A program made the position numbers and the translations under genes. Below, one piece after another: positions 1 to 15,498 of a stretch of DNA of 64,000 nucleotides (positions within the stretch are counted from its first letter, which is position 1; every line of letters begins with the position of its first letter). Source of the DNA: Chrysomallon squamiferum (taxonomy: Eukaryota; Animalia; Mollusca); NCBI GenBank assembly GCA_012295275.1, contig CM022670.1:29512001-29576000 (forward strand). Direction: 5' to 3'. The notes under the pieces were generated by a model. That model worked only from the letters and a program-made list of their open reading frames with translations, did not search any database and was not told the DNA's origin.

Positions 1-531
1 CATGATTAAACTATTGGCTATCCAGTTTGCTTATTTCTATCTAAAACAACTGTGTGTGGAAATGGATGGGCGTAAGTGTATAAATAAATGTGTGTATATG
101 GTGCGCGTAACTATTTTTGTTTGTGTATGTATATGTATGGTGTGCGTGTGCGTGTGTGATTTGTTTACAACAGAGAAAGGCAGTGAAACGTCATTTTAAA
201 ATATATATAAAACATGACTGAACTAGGTATTGATTTGTTTTGTTTCTCTCTGCTTCTATGACAACGAGATTTCCGTTTGTTTATTTTTATTATTAGTGCA
301 TGAGACAGGAGATATTGACGTATTCAGGGAGACTTCTTTCTGTTTATCGAGTTCAGAAATGTAATGGTCGTTTGAAGTGCATATAAACGTGAACCGCTTG
401 ATAAAAACAACTGAACAGGGAAAACAAAAATCATTATTTAATGCCTTCAGCACAAATTTTATTCATTACTTGTAAAGAATATTTATACAAACTGATCGAC
501 TGATATGGGTTTCTGAGACAAATAAAGGAGA

Positions 532-633
<102 letters not shown>

Positions 634-1515
634 AGATGGTTCTGACAAATGTTTACATATACATTTATCATAACTTCTTTTTGCAGAAGAATAAAATTTG
701 AAAGTGCAAAAAATTATAATTAAAAATATATAGTCATTTAAAAAGTTTTTCCATCAAAATATGCTACAACTACTTTCAGAAAATTAAGAAAATTATAAAT
801 AATAAAATCATAATTTGTAAAAGGTCCACAAAATAAATAAATAGATAAAGTTGATTATTTAATTTAACTGCAAACAGTACGTAATGATATCAATATAATT
901 CTTACAAAAATAGTTAAGCTAAAGAAAGGTTTTAAAAGCATATTATATTTATTTACAAACTTCACTAAATAAATTAACCATTAACAAGAGAAACACTATA
1001 GTAATCATAGGCATGAAACATGATTCGTTGTAAAAATGTATTTATTGTTTTTTTTTACTTTTTATATGAAGATTAAAAAACAAAGGACAGTAATTCCCAA
1101 ATAAAATTTAGAATCATTTTATACTGTTTTGTTTTTTTAACTCGTCATCCCTTTTTCAATTATCTTTACTAAATATTACTCCTGATTTAAGAACTTACAC
1201 AACTGAGGTATTAATTGTCGAAGTAATAATTTAACAAAATGTAAACTGCATGGTCAAATGTTCTTAAAGTTACTTTTTAATACTAAATAACAGATTCTGT
1301 AAATGACAATGATTTTAGTAGAACATCAAACGCAGATATAAAAATTTACAGAAACTAACATAGAGATAATTTTTTAAAATAAATATATTGCAGCTAAGAA
1401 CACAGTTTTGAAATTAAAAGACAGAAATTAACATTCTACTTAAATCTTGGAACCAACAAGAGATACAACAAATTTTTACAATACTCTAACGTATTTAAAA
1501 TTAATAAATAACTAA

Positions 1516-1516
<1 letters not shown>

Positions 1517-1592
<76 letters not shown>
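1517..1592. repeat. (AAT)n microsatellite
   Basis: Perfect trinucleotide run. Confidence 0.97.
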
Positions 1593-1595
<3 letters not shown>

Positions 1596-1736
1596 GAATA
1601 TTTACAGCTTATTTAAACCAGTACACGGAGAATATTACATGGAAAGAAAATGCTACTTCTTTTTTATTATTTGTTTCATAATAATATCCTCTTATATAAG
1701 AAAAATATTATTTTAGTAATAATAATAATAATAAAA

Positions 1737-1772
<36 letters not shown>

Positions 1773-2580
1773 TACGTAATCTTGCTTTTTCCATATTTTA
1801 ATATCCTCATTAAATTATTTTTTAAAACTAAAACAAATGATCTAAATTAATGATGAAGAAATGATATCTTTCGTTAGTTTATGAATAACGTACGATGGTC
1901 CCTGTTTCTGCGTAATGAAATTTACTTTACATTTATATACGTTATGATATTTTGAATTCGCCTTTCATAAGTTTCCTTCTACATAATTAAACAGCAGAAA
2001 TTAGAACGCAGCTGTGAAGCGGTAAACAACATAAAAGAAATATTGCATTCTACCTATCACTTTGATTATTACAGTTAACAACATGGTTAAACACAAAGAA
2101 CAAATAAAACGTCCACTGTGTAAACAGGCACATCTTCTGTTGTTGTCACGGAATGAGCTGCCTTCAACATATAAACTGAAACGTAAAATGTAAATAATAA
2201 AAATTAAATAAATAAATAAATATATACAGACAGCCACACACACACATAAATAAATAAATAAACAAACTGCTTGTTGCTTATAATAAATAAATAAATATAT
2301 ACAGACACACACACACACATACATACACACAAATAAATAAATAAACAAATAAATTAATGAATTAATAAATAAACATTAAGAACGATTTATAGCACACTAT
2401 TAATATTCAATAAAACACAAGCTTAAGTTATTGTTATACTCGCTCCTTCATAATCTGTTTTATTTCTTTTTCCATCAAATTTTTACTACTAATAAATTAT
2501 TATAAAAAAACCCAGTCAAATGATGATATATGAAAGTTGAAATTCTCTATTTTAATGTGACGTCATTTCGAATATATATA

Positions 2581-2598
2581 AACAACAGCAGCAGCAGC

Positions 2599-2646
<48 letters not shown>

Positions 2647-2661
2647 AATAATAATAATAAC
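2581..2661. repeat. Compound (CAG)/(CAA)/(TAA) microsatellite
   Basis: In-register trinucleotide runs. Confidence 0.95.
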
Positions 2662-2787
2662 TGGGTCAAAACAGCGCACTGTTTTGTTTCGTTGTCTTAG
2701 TAACGTTAATCAACGAGGTATTTATATTTTTACATTTCAGTATATTTAATTACATTTTAAAACGTCTATTGCAGCGTACACACCGAG

Positions 2788-5546
<2,759 letters not shown>

Positions 5547-6826
5547 TGTTGATACTCTTTGTCAAACTGAAAGTGAAAATAGAAAAATAATTCAACTGCC
5601 AAGATCTAATGTATTTACTATTACAGGTAAAAACTGTATCTGAAATCGTATAATAAAGGAATAATTAAACTTTAGTTCCACGCAAATAAACACACATGCA
5701 CAGACAGACCCAAACACACATACACACACAAACAACATAGACTAATTTCATGCTTGTGGGTTAACTGGAGAATGGACATTAATTATATATTGATAGACAC
5801 ACTTGTATTCACTCACAAACACATATACATATATTGTTACACCTACAGACATACATACGCACACACACATATACAATACTTCATTATTGAGTGTAAATGA
5901 AATTTCAGTAGACATATTATCAGATATCAATATTTTTCTATTGGTCATAAATATAGAAAACAACAATTTTGAATTAATGAAGAAACCAAATAATATTCAC
6001 TCTGAAACGAATAATAAGTAATAATTACTTTTCAAAAATGTCCTGTTATTAAGATCTATAGTTGACATGTAAAACCAGCGGGACTGGTTTCAGTTAAACC
6101 GATCATAAAGTTAACATATTCATAATATACAGTATTGATCACCAAAATTAATAAATTAACTGTCGATAGTAGAAAACGTGGCGACATTTTTATGAGCCCA
6201 TGAATTAAACAGAAGATCTATGTAGCAAAAGCATTAGCATTATTTATTTATTTTTCAATAATTCCATTTTGTTTTAAAATCTTCGCTGGAATTTTGAAAG
6301 TGAATGCATATACGAAGACGGTTCACCTACGTACAAAGTTTGCCAAATTTAATGATGGTAATAATAGTAATGGATGTTAACGTTGTATAAATGAGGCAAA
6401 GCGCATGCAGGAAATAAATCTGAAGAGTATTTCAGGTGGAAAGCTTTTGATGGTTCCTCAGACAGTAAAGATCCTGGTACTAGACTGATATTGTTTTTTA
6501 ATATACTTTGCTATGTGAATGTTCTTTCGTTTAAGTTATTATCAATATGAATTATTTGAACTACTTTACACCTATTTCCATTTATTTTTCTAAACAGAAA
6601 AGTAGTCATTAAATAATCTGGCTAGGAATAATATTAAGATTTGAAAAAAAAAAAAATTATATATATATATTCCGCGTTTTCATATTACATCATCACTATA
6701 AAAATATTTCAAAACATATAATTTTACCTTTAATTGGAATTATATATTAGTAAAATTGCGTAAAATCTATTTGAGTGATATGTTTTAATTTTTGTAGAAA
6801 ATCTCGCAGTCTGGAAACTTCATTAA

Positions 6827-6897
<71 letters not shown>
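6827..6897. repeat. (AAT)n microsatellite
   Basis: Perfect run; it produces the spurious poly-Tyr ORF. Confidence 0.97.
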
Positions 6898-6899
<2 letters not shown>

Positions 6900-7924
6900 T
6901 CCTGTATTATTTTGAAAATAAATTCCTATCTGCAACATATTTATAAAAAAATCTTTTATGAAACTACTACAGACACAAAAATAAATAAATATTTTAATAA
7001 ATTACATAAATAAATTATAAAAGGAGGGACAGAAGAAAATACAATTTAAAAACATTTAGAAATGGGAGGGGGAAACTATCGAAAAAATTAAAGAACAAAA
7101 GAAAATATTATAACTTGTGTGGACAAACAAACGGGATGTGATTGATATCAAATCACCAGAGAAAACACAATTAATTATAGATCTGTTTTCCCGTTATCTA
7201 AATAAATACTTAATGAATGAAAAACGCAGGGCCTTTGATCTAACGGTAAGCAATAACGAAATTGTGTTACTTAATAAAAAAAATAAAAAAATAAAAATTT
7301 AAAAAAAACGTTCAACCTCACAAAGAAAGTTTGAACTGACCAATAGATTTTCTTTTCTATTCATTACCTATATACTGTCTTGCTGAAAATAAGAGAAACT
7401 TTTAATATTGAGACGGTCAGGTTTCTTCCCTGGCGCAGATCACCACAAAACCAGCATCAGTGATCTTGATTATAAATGTACCGAAATTTGTTAATCGGTA
7501 GTTGACATGTATATATTACAAATTCTATGTCGTAAAATAATACCTTTTATTGGCCGTTCTAGATGATTTACTGTAAAGCAATTTCTATAATCAGTTAATA
7601 AAGTAACATAAAAAGAAATATATTACATATATTCATTCTTTGGCATATGCTGAGTTTGGCGTAGCAGGCATATAGAAATGAATTTATTCTTAATTCTTCG
7701 ACTTCTTTTTCTAAGAGAAAGTGTTATGCTTTCATTGTCCTCGTTTTATAAAGCTGTTGTTTTGAAATGAACTTAATTTAGAACCAATCCAGAGTATAAA
7801 TTATACATTTTTAGGTCATGGAGGAAAAAATATTTTCGAGCATTCCTTTTAACTGGTGGTAGTTGCAAATTTAATATATTTATTTTCAGTTTTTGTTATC
7901 GTTAATGCAATTTAATCTGACAGA

Positions 7925-7993
7925 ATTGCCTAGTTTCAGTAACGCTGCCCGCCGGATGACGAGCAATGAAAAGGGTTGCACATGCTTGATCTA
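7925..7993. mobile_element. Possible hAT-like terminal remnant
   Basis: GC-rich patch ending AAAAGGGTTGCACATGCTTGATCTA, resembling hAT/MITE right ends. No partner TIR found. Confidence 0.25.
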
Positions 7994-9692
7994 AATCTTT
8001 CTTTTTTATATAAAGATTTATTTATTTATTTATTTATTTATTTGTCTATTTATAGTTATTCACGTTTTATTATATTCCTAACCTCATCTGCTTTGGTTTA
8101 CAAAAAGTTGTTTCTACCACCACGACTGAACATACGTTAGAACTGCATTGTGTTTCAAACATGCTTATTCCTGCCAGATTCACACGGACAAAAAACATTT
8201 TACGATATCGATTGGGATAATCAACTACCCATGAAAAGACTGCGAGACAAATCCATTCTGGTGTGAAAAACGTGGGTTAGAAAATTCACCCTTGTTTGAT
8301 CCGAGAGGTGAGGTCTTACAAGGATGTCATGCGCTGCCTATTTTGAAATAAAGTATAAAACTCTTTCAAAAATATTGTAAAAAATATTCGATTCGTTTTA
8401 TCCGTCACATAATAAAGTATTAAAGATAGGAATGATTCCCGACTGCACTTAAAGGCTCGATTAAGTCTAAAGCTTATTAGTGGTGGTACGTGAAAATGAT
8501 CTAAATATGCATACTTGTTTTATTTGTGTCTGGCAACCAGTTTCGACCATTAATTATGAATAACGGTACAATAAATGCACTAAACATTTTTTAATTTATT
8601 ATTATTATTATTTTTTTTTAATCTTATTTTGAAAAATGAAAGTGCAATATGTTATTGGAAAAGGATAGATGATATAAATGATTTCATAACTGTTAATTAT
8701 AAGTGCTGCAGTTTTTATATCATTACTGTACTTTATCATTGCTAAGCTTTTTAAAAACTTTTTTTTATGAAAAAGTAAACGGTAATTTAGAACATTTTAT
8801 GCTATTTATTCGCATTATTATAGTTCATTTTGACAATAACATTGATGAAGATTGATTACAAATATGTAATAACAATATTAGTTTTCATTCTAACATCAAG
8901 ACTGCATTTTAAAATAACATACCCACTGACATAACTGGAGGAAAAACCCATTATAGTATCAGATATTCTGCATATTGTGCAAATCCGATGGAACATCGGA
9001 TTTGCTTTCATAGTTCTAATAACATCAAATTATAATGCCCGTGAAATAATGTAATAAATGAACAGTTTAATTAATGAAATATTACACTTCATTTATATAT
9101 CACAATATATATTATCACAATATATAAACAGATAAGACGATACTTACTTTCCGCTAAACAAATGCCTGTGTGAAAAACGTGTGCAATCTTTGTATGCAGA
9201 GAGTTGTTTTAGCTGAGGTAACCGTCCTTGGCTACGTCGTATCGGCTTGTAAACAAGGGGACTGTGTTACTGCTAACTGTATGACCAGTCAACTGAAACG
9301 TCTAATAACGTGCAGATCCCGTACAGTTCACATTTTATTTTTAACAATTGGTCTTAATTGACAAAGGAGACGGTATTATCGACAAGGCAAATGAAACGGG
9401 TGGGTTTTTTTCCCACCGGGGTTAATTTGATAAATGCGACTTGTTGCTCTGCCTCATGTGTAATATCCCCTTTGGCGTGTAATTTTTATAAGCACTTCGA
9501 CTCAACAGATCATTATGTGAGTGGAATGGCAGGTAAGAAAAGAATGACACGCAAAAACAAGTATGTTAAGCTGCCCAAAGAGGATATATAAACTACATTC
9601 TTCTAAGATATTTCTATAGGTATGTATATATGTGCGTGCGTGTGTATAAATATCTTAGAACAATTTACAGTAATTAAATATATACAAATTGT

Positions 9693-9697
<5 letters not shown>

Positions 9698-9743
<46 letters not shown>
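9698..9743. repeat. (GT)n microsatellite
   Basis: Perfect run. Confidence 0.97.
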
Positions 9744-9745
<2 letters not shown>

Positions 9746-10861
9746 GAGAAAGAGCGAAAGAGAATTATATGAAAATAGATAACTGAAAGCACTTAAAGCA
9801 CTTTATATATTTTCCATTGCACGCACTGACGTCAGTAGGCACAATTATTTTAAAGTCCTCGTATGTTACATGTTAAATGTAGCATTTATTTTCATTAGGC
9901 AATATTAGGCAATCGATTTCGCCACTAAAAATATGTGTACATGTAGACCAGTCGATAACTGTATTGTTATTCACAACAGAATCGTCAATCGATTCTCATC
10001 GTTAGTTTACACATTGCTCCAATGTTTAGTAAGCGATACTGTGATACTTAAGTATAACTAAAGATGTTTTGTTTTCACATCATCAGTCTATTAGTGTCAT
10101 ATCAAGACTTATTATATGGACTATCTGACAGAGAGCTTTTTTGTGAATATTTACACAAAATAATACCACGCTTTTTGAAAATCAGTTAAATGTGGTTGGA
10201 TTTGGAAAAAACTCAATAGGCTCAACAAGAAGGACTGATCCGGTGTCTGAGAGATCTTCAAACCGCTGACACTGAGATATAGATCATTCCAAACATTAGT
10301 CCAGTTAACAGATTAATTAAACATAGCATCTATCATATATGTCATATTATTGCTTACATGCCATACGTATAATTATTATACAATTTAATTAGTAATGTGA
10401 AATTTGTTAGATGCATTTATAAATAGATCAGTGAAATATATAATTTTAACATCATCATCATTATTATTATGTCCAGGGTTTTTGTTTTGTTTTATTTATT
10501 TATTTGTATTAGTATTATTTCTTTATTTCTTTTATTACTTTTTTTTTTTTTTTTTTTTTTTTTAGTTCTAGCTTTAGTCTCAACTTCTAAGTATTTTATT
10601 TTACAGAATAAAGTATTGACAGCATATTATAATGACTCGCTCTTTGAACAACTAATCTGCAGGCAGTCTATCTATATGCGTTATTTACTGGACGTGTAAT
10701 GGCTTTCTCGAAAGGGATACGAAATACTGAACAACGGGATCGTTATATTGATTTCTATGTGTTACTATTATTACAGTGACAACAACACGTATCATGACAT
10801 TAGATATAAATCACTAGATTAAGCATGCACATACACAGATACACATATGTATAGACAGATA

Positions 10862-10863
<2 letters not shown>

Positions 10864-10907
<44 letters not shown>
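10864..10907. repeat. (CA)n microsatellite
   Basis: Perfect run. Confidence 0.97.
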
Positions 10908-10910
<3 letters not shown>

Positions 10911-11092
10911 GCATAAATGTACACATGCACCAAGAAAGCATATTCATCGATATTCATTGTTCATTTTCCTTATTCATAAACATCTTGTACTGTGTATTTT
11001 GTATACCTGCAACAAATTTTTATTACTAATACAGTATGCATGGAAAATGACTTTTAAATTTGTATAATCTTTATTACTTACAAGTTTAAAGA

Positions 11093-11154
<62 letters not shown>

Positions 11155-11170
11155 TAATAATAATGATAAC
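11093..11170. repeat. (AAT)n microsatellite
   Basis: Run with a degenerate GAT tail. Confidence 0.95.
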
Positions 11171-12134
11171 TATAAGGATACCGATGATGATGATAACTGG
11201 CTTTATCACCCTGTTCACTAAAATGTTCGTGTCACCTTGAATTACATGAGAATTAAAAACCTGTAATTTGGATTTGGATTAGATGGGTTTATTTCACTCT
11301 TCAGTGAAAATATATGTGCAGAATAGATGTTTTGTTCGATTGCTATTACAACAAATCACTGACACTAATATCTTTGCAAACAACAATGGAACTAAATTAC
11401 ATATTTTCTTCTTAAATTGTTTGCGTTAAAATTATTTTAATATTTACTCATTATGGTGTAATAATTTTTAGAATCTCTAAAACTAATAATACTAAATGGA
11501 TTCTTCATTAATAAAAAAATAAATTAAAAATTAAACTAAGAACAAAAACAAAACAGAGGCAAACAGAAATGTACTTTGGTGCATAAAAATTTGGATTCCT
11601 ATTTTTACCGATCAATTTTTTCTTACTTTTTTCTTTTTTGCTTTAAATTTGTTTTATTTTTGAAGATCATATTCAGCAAAATAATGACATTAACTTCTTT
11701 TCTGAAATTATGATGTTGTTTTATTTATCATGAAACTATTAAAATGCATATCCATCAACATGTCAGCTCCACCTATTGTGAAATCCCAGACATGCCTCTG
11801 TAATTCTGGGCATTAACAAATACGTATTAAGGTGACTGTTGGTCATCCAGATAAGTCAAACTATTGACATCTGCCCTAAGTAACGATTCTGATAAAAATG
11901 TTCAGTTAACGCAAACGTGAAAAGACATCATTCACGAAAACAAATAGTTCTGAAGCAGAAATATTACGATTAACTGTTTATTTGCTTGATCGTTCGTAAT
12001 ACCGTTTCTTCATCATCTTTACACATAACTGTGTATTAAAAATTGTTAAACAAAACGATTAGCTTTAAATATATTTTACATTAGGTCATTTAAACAGGAA
12101 ATAAAAATTAAAAAAAGAAGTCGAAAATACTCAC

Positions 12135-12480
12135 AGATTGAAGTATTAATAAGCGTCTATTCAGCAACACGAAGAAACTAACAAACTGTTCGGTATTCTT
12201 ATTTGTAATGGCTGCGATATACCGAACCCGCCGATGTTACCATCGCGACGAAAAACAAACCGGTTGCGATGGTAATCAACATCAGAATGCAATATCGGTC
12301 TTGCTTCAACAACCAAGCGTAGTCGCCGTGAGCACAACCAAAGGTGCCATCTTTTAATAATTTATGTTTAAAATCGAACTGGTACCGACAGCAGTCAACC
12401 ATTTGAAAAGCATCTAACCTGTTATTTTTGTTTTCATTAAACTGAAGTGTTGTTGTTTGTCAGTAAGTTGCTAGGACAAC
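12135..12480 (-). promoter_or_regulatory. Putative promoter and non-coding first exon of the calcyphosin-like gene, with RFX X-box-like motifs
   Basis: Locally CpG-rich. X-box-like 14-mers GTTACCATCGCGAC (12236-12249), GTTGCGATGGTAAT (12263-12276) and GTTGCTAGGACAAC (12467-12480). Minus-strand donor CT|GTGAGT at 12135/12134. Confidence 0.45.
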
Positions 12481-12554
12481 GGAAGACAATCTTTTTTAAT
12501 TTTAAATATCCCACGTAGTAAAATGACATTAATTATTACCTATTTATTCCTTTG

Positions 12555-12556
<2 letters not shown>

Positions 12557-12614
<58 letters not shown>
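12557..12614. repeat. (GA)n microsatellite
   Basis: Perfect run. Confidence 0.97.
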
Positions 12615-12618
<4 letters not shown>

Positions 12619-13130
12619 AGATAATTCGAATAAATCGATTTTCTGTTTTCTGTAATGAATTGAAGAAAAAAGGGTTCACATCATTTTGCCTCTGAGTAAG
12701 ATAGGGGAGATAACCACCTTTTCTTGGAGCAAACATCGGTAGTTACCTTTTGTCGTTTCAGTACATATACAGAAACAAAATTGTTTGGTGTTAGAATAAC
12801 TTTTAATAATAGCGAAAAACAGTTAAAAACATTTTCATTTCGGTATTAGTGAAGATACTTAACACACACACACACACACACGATATATATCTATGTATGT
12901 ATAAATATAATATCATAAAGTAAACAATAATAATATTTACGATGATTTTGGTGATGATAAAAAAAAAATTAAAAAAAAAAAATCATAATAATAATAATAA
13001 TTGATTATCAGTTCTGGTTTAGTTTCAAAATCAAGTTTTATGAATTACATATAAATATAAAACAAATTTCACAACCGTCATTCCAGTATAATAAAATGTT
13101 TTTGTCTGTTTTTTTATTTTTTCATACATT

Positions 13131-14729
13131 TTAAATCAGATTTATCATTTCTTTAACAACATCTGTTCCAGGACCTCGTGAATTCTCCGTCTGTTCTCTG
13201 GTCGAGAGTTCAGTTTTTCCGTTCCAGTCCATTTGAACTGCCAAAGCTCCAGAAGCGTCTACATCTTCTGCCATTGGCCGGCAAATCTGATCTTTACATT
13301 TCGCATGCTGAATAAGACTTGATTCAGTTTGAACAGATTCAGGGACACTTTGGTATGTGCGATATGCTATGTCCTCCATTTTATATCGTCTGTGCTTGGT
13401 TGGAGTCTGACGTAGCTCAGCCAGCAGTGTCTGAACAAAAGGGGAATGTTTCATAGATATTATTATGTTAAGGTCTATGGATGGATTAATGATTCGATAT
13501 ATTGATCTTCTCAAAGTGGCCACAGTAGTAAATGTCAGTAAAGTTGGGGGTATTTGTTTTTGCCATACAGTATTGGATCTGAAGAGAATGCCTCCGTAAT
13601 GCATGAGTATATATAAACCATATAAGAGATCCGCATGTTCGTTATTCCATTCTTCTAAAAAGCGAACAGGGACGTAGGATACATTATGTTTTAGTATTTT
13701 CTTCCACATAGAACCACTTGGTTTCTCATCACCATGTAAAAATACATGCGTCATCCCAGCTTTATATAGAGAACTCATAATGCTGCTATAGGCTGTTAAT
13801 CCAAATATGCCTTTTTGGTTGAAATGGAGTATATGTGCATAGAGCGGAACTTGATCATTAGCACTTTGCACTGGAACAATTTCTTTCTCACTTCCATAAA
13901 CAATCGACCTTGCAAGAGCAGAGAAACGACCTCTCGACTTCCAAATATCTCTTGGAAAAATTCTGTCTGTAATTTGAACGCACATATACCTGGGTCCATC
14001 GTTGATAGTGTTGAAGTCGTGAATTGACGGACATTTTATCACAAGAGATTTCGAATGTTCTGAAACAATGACTGGTTCAGATTCTGGAAATATAAAAACT
14101 TTCCCCAAACCTTTGTCGTCTTTATTGGAATAACAAACTTTTTCTCTTGAAGGCTGATCAGAACATTTCTGATCGCCGAGATATTTGAAATATAACTCTC
14201 TGGTAAAACTATCTATTGCTATGTCCTCTGATATAAATATTCCATTTGGATTATGATATTCACCGATATCAAAATATGTAGACTCAAAATATCTGTGGCT
14301 ACAAAAACGTCTTTGAGAAACGTACTGAAGAACCAGGATAGGTATATCTCTTTGAATGTCATCAAACCACGTGATGAAACCTTGATCATCTTTAACAGGC
14401 AACTCCCAGTAGTGGAAGACTATCTTGTCTGGACGGATGACCGTATAAATACTCACAATGCTCGTAAAATGTTTGAATTCAAAATGTCCTTTGCGGCACC
14501 ACAAATAATGAACAACAAGGCTGGGTTTATCAGGCACAAGACTGGTTTTTAGAACACTCTTTGATAAGCTGCCATACAACATAGAAGATTGATTGGGCAA
14601 AGATTCTATGAGATATGGATTCCGTAGTCCATAAATATAACGACAGTAATATATTTGAAAAATAAGTAATGCCAACAATGCGAAAAATACGAATAAATAA
14701 ATAAAGGTTCTGTATGATAGTTTTCTCAT
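13131..14729 (-). CDS. Type II membrane glycosyltransferase-like protein (GT32/alpha-1,4-GlcNAc/Gal transferase-like), two tandem degenerate domains, 532 aa, single coding exon
   Basis: Long open ORF. Short basic N-tail plus hydrophobic anchor (FIYLFVFFALLALLIFQIYY). Domain 1 begins PSLVVHYLW...FEFKHFTSIVSIYTVIRPDKIVFHY; domain 2 begins VPLYAHILHF...AYSSIMSSLYKAGMTHVFLHGDEKPSGSMW...LYILMHYGGILF...KHSPFVQTLL. Both resemble the GT32 sugar-binding region. A splice acceptor lies upstream at 14788. Confidence 0.75.
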   Translation of the reverse strand: MRKLSYRTFIYLFVFFALLALLIFQIYYCRYIYGLRNPYLIESLPNQSSMLYGSLSKSVLKTSLVPDKPSLVVHYLWCRKGHFEFKHFTSIVSIYTVIRPDKIVFHYWELPVKDDQGFITWFDDIQRDIPILVLQYVSQRRFCSHRYFESTYFDIGEYHNPNGIFISEDIAIDSFTRELYFKYLGDQKCSDQPSREKVCYSNKDDKGLGKVFIFPESEPVIVSEHSKSLVIKCPSIHDFNTINDGPRYMCVQITDRIFPRDIWKSRGRFSALARSIVYGSEKEIVPVQSANDQVPLYAHILHFNQKGIFGLTAYSSIMSSLYKAGMTHVFLHGDEKPSGSMWKKILKHNVSYVPVRFLEEWNNEHADLLYGLYILMHYGGILFRSNTVWQKQIPPTLLTFTTVATLRRSIYRIINPSIDLNIIISMKHSPFVQTLLAELRQTPTKHRRYKMEDIAYRTYQSVPESVQTESSLIQHAKCKDQICRPMAEDVDASGALAVQMDWNGKTELSTREQTENSRGPGTDVVKEMINLI

Positions 14730-15461
14730 GTTTGTTTGTTAGATAAGGCACCATACAGTCAAGTAAGATAAAAGAAAATTCTCTTTCCTGACAAAAAACA
14801 AATTTCAGATATTTAAATAATAATAAACAAACAAATACATCATTTCTTCACTTAGATTTAGCCGTGCGGTTTTTCTTTTGAAAGTGTATTGAGCTGCAGA
14901 ACAAAACAATTTCCACACCTTATAAAATATTCAGATGGCATCGATACTGCTTTATAGTGGATCCAGGCACTGATGCAGACTTTCTTTTTTCATCCCTGGA
15001 TAAAAAAAAAAAAAAAGCTACAGATAAAAATGTCCATTTTAGAATGTTATTATAACATGTAAAGCTGAATACTAAAAGTATATAATAACATAAACAATAT
15101 TATACTCAAACAGGCATGCTGACATCAAGAAAGATGAAAATAACAGCGGATAAGTTGAATTGCATCAAAAATGTGTGGCGCCCTTGAGGTCATCTAAATG
15201 CCTTTGAGACTGCCGTGCAGATAGTGAAAGTTAATATCTTCCAAATTAAATTCTTACATCTGAAGCATACTTCACTACAGCGTCAAATCCTGCTGCAAAA
15301 ATAATGATACAATGACGTGTTTCGCACACATCCATATTTAATTCTTAATTAACTTCCAGAAATTTCGTACTGAACGATTAGTTCAAGAACTAACATCGAT
15401 CATGTTTTGTCATTGCCCAATAAATACGCTGTGCATTTAGGTATGTCGCTTAAAACTGATA

Positions 15462-15498
<37 letters not shown>

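Noticed and set aside
12199-12402. 67-aa ORF or a structured ncRNA hairpin
   Set aside because: No homology or splice context. The inverted repeat is explained by two palindromic X-box-like motifs.
13796-14552. Short alternative-frame or antisense ORFs inside the GT32-like gene (also 21903-22326, 39164-40044, 41576-41878)
   Set aside because: Shadows of real coding exons with no recognisable motifs.
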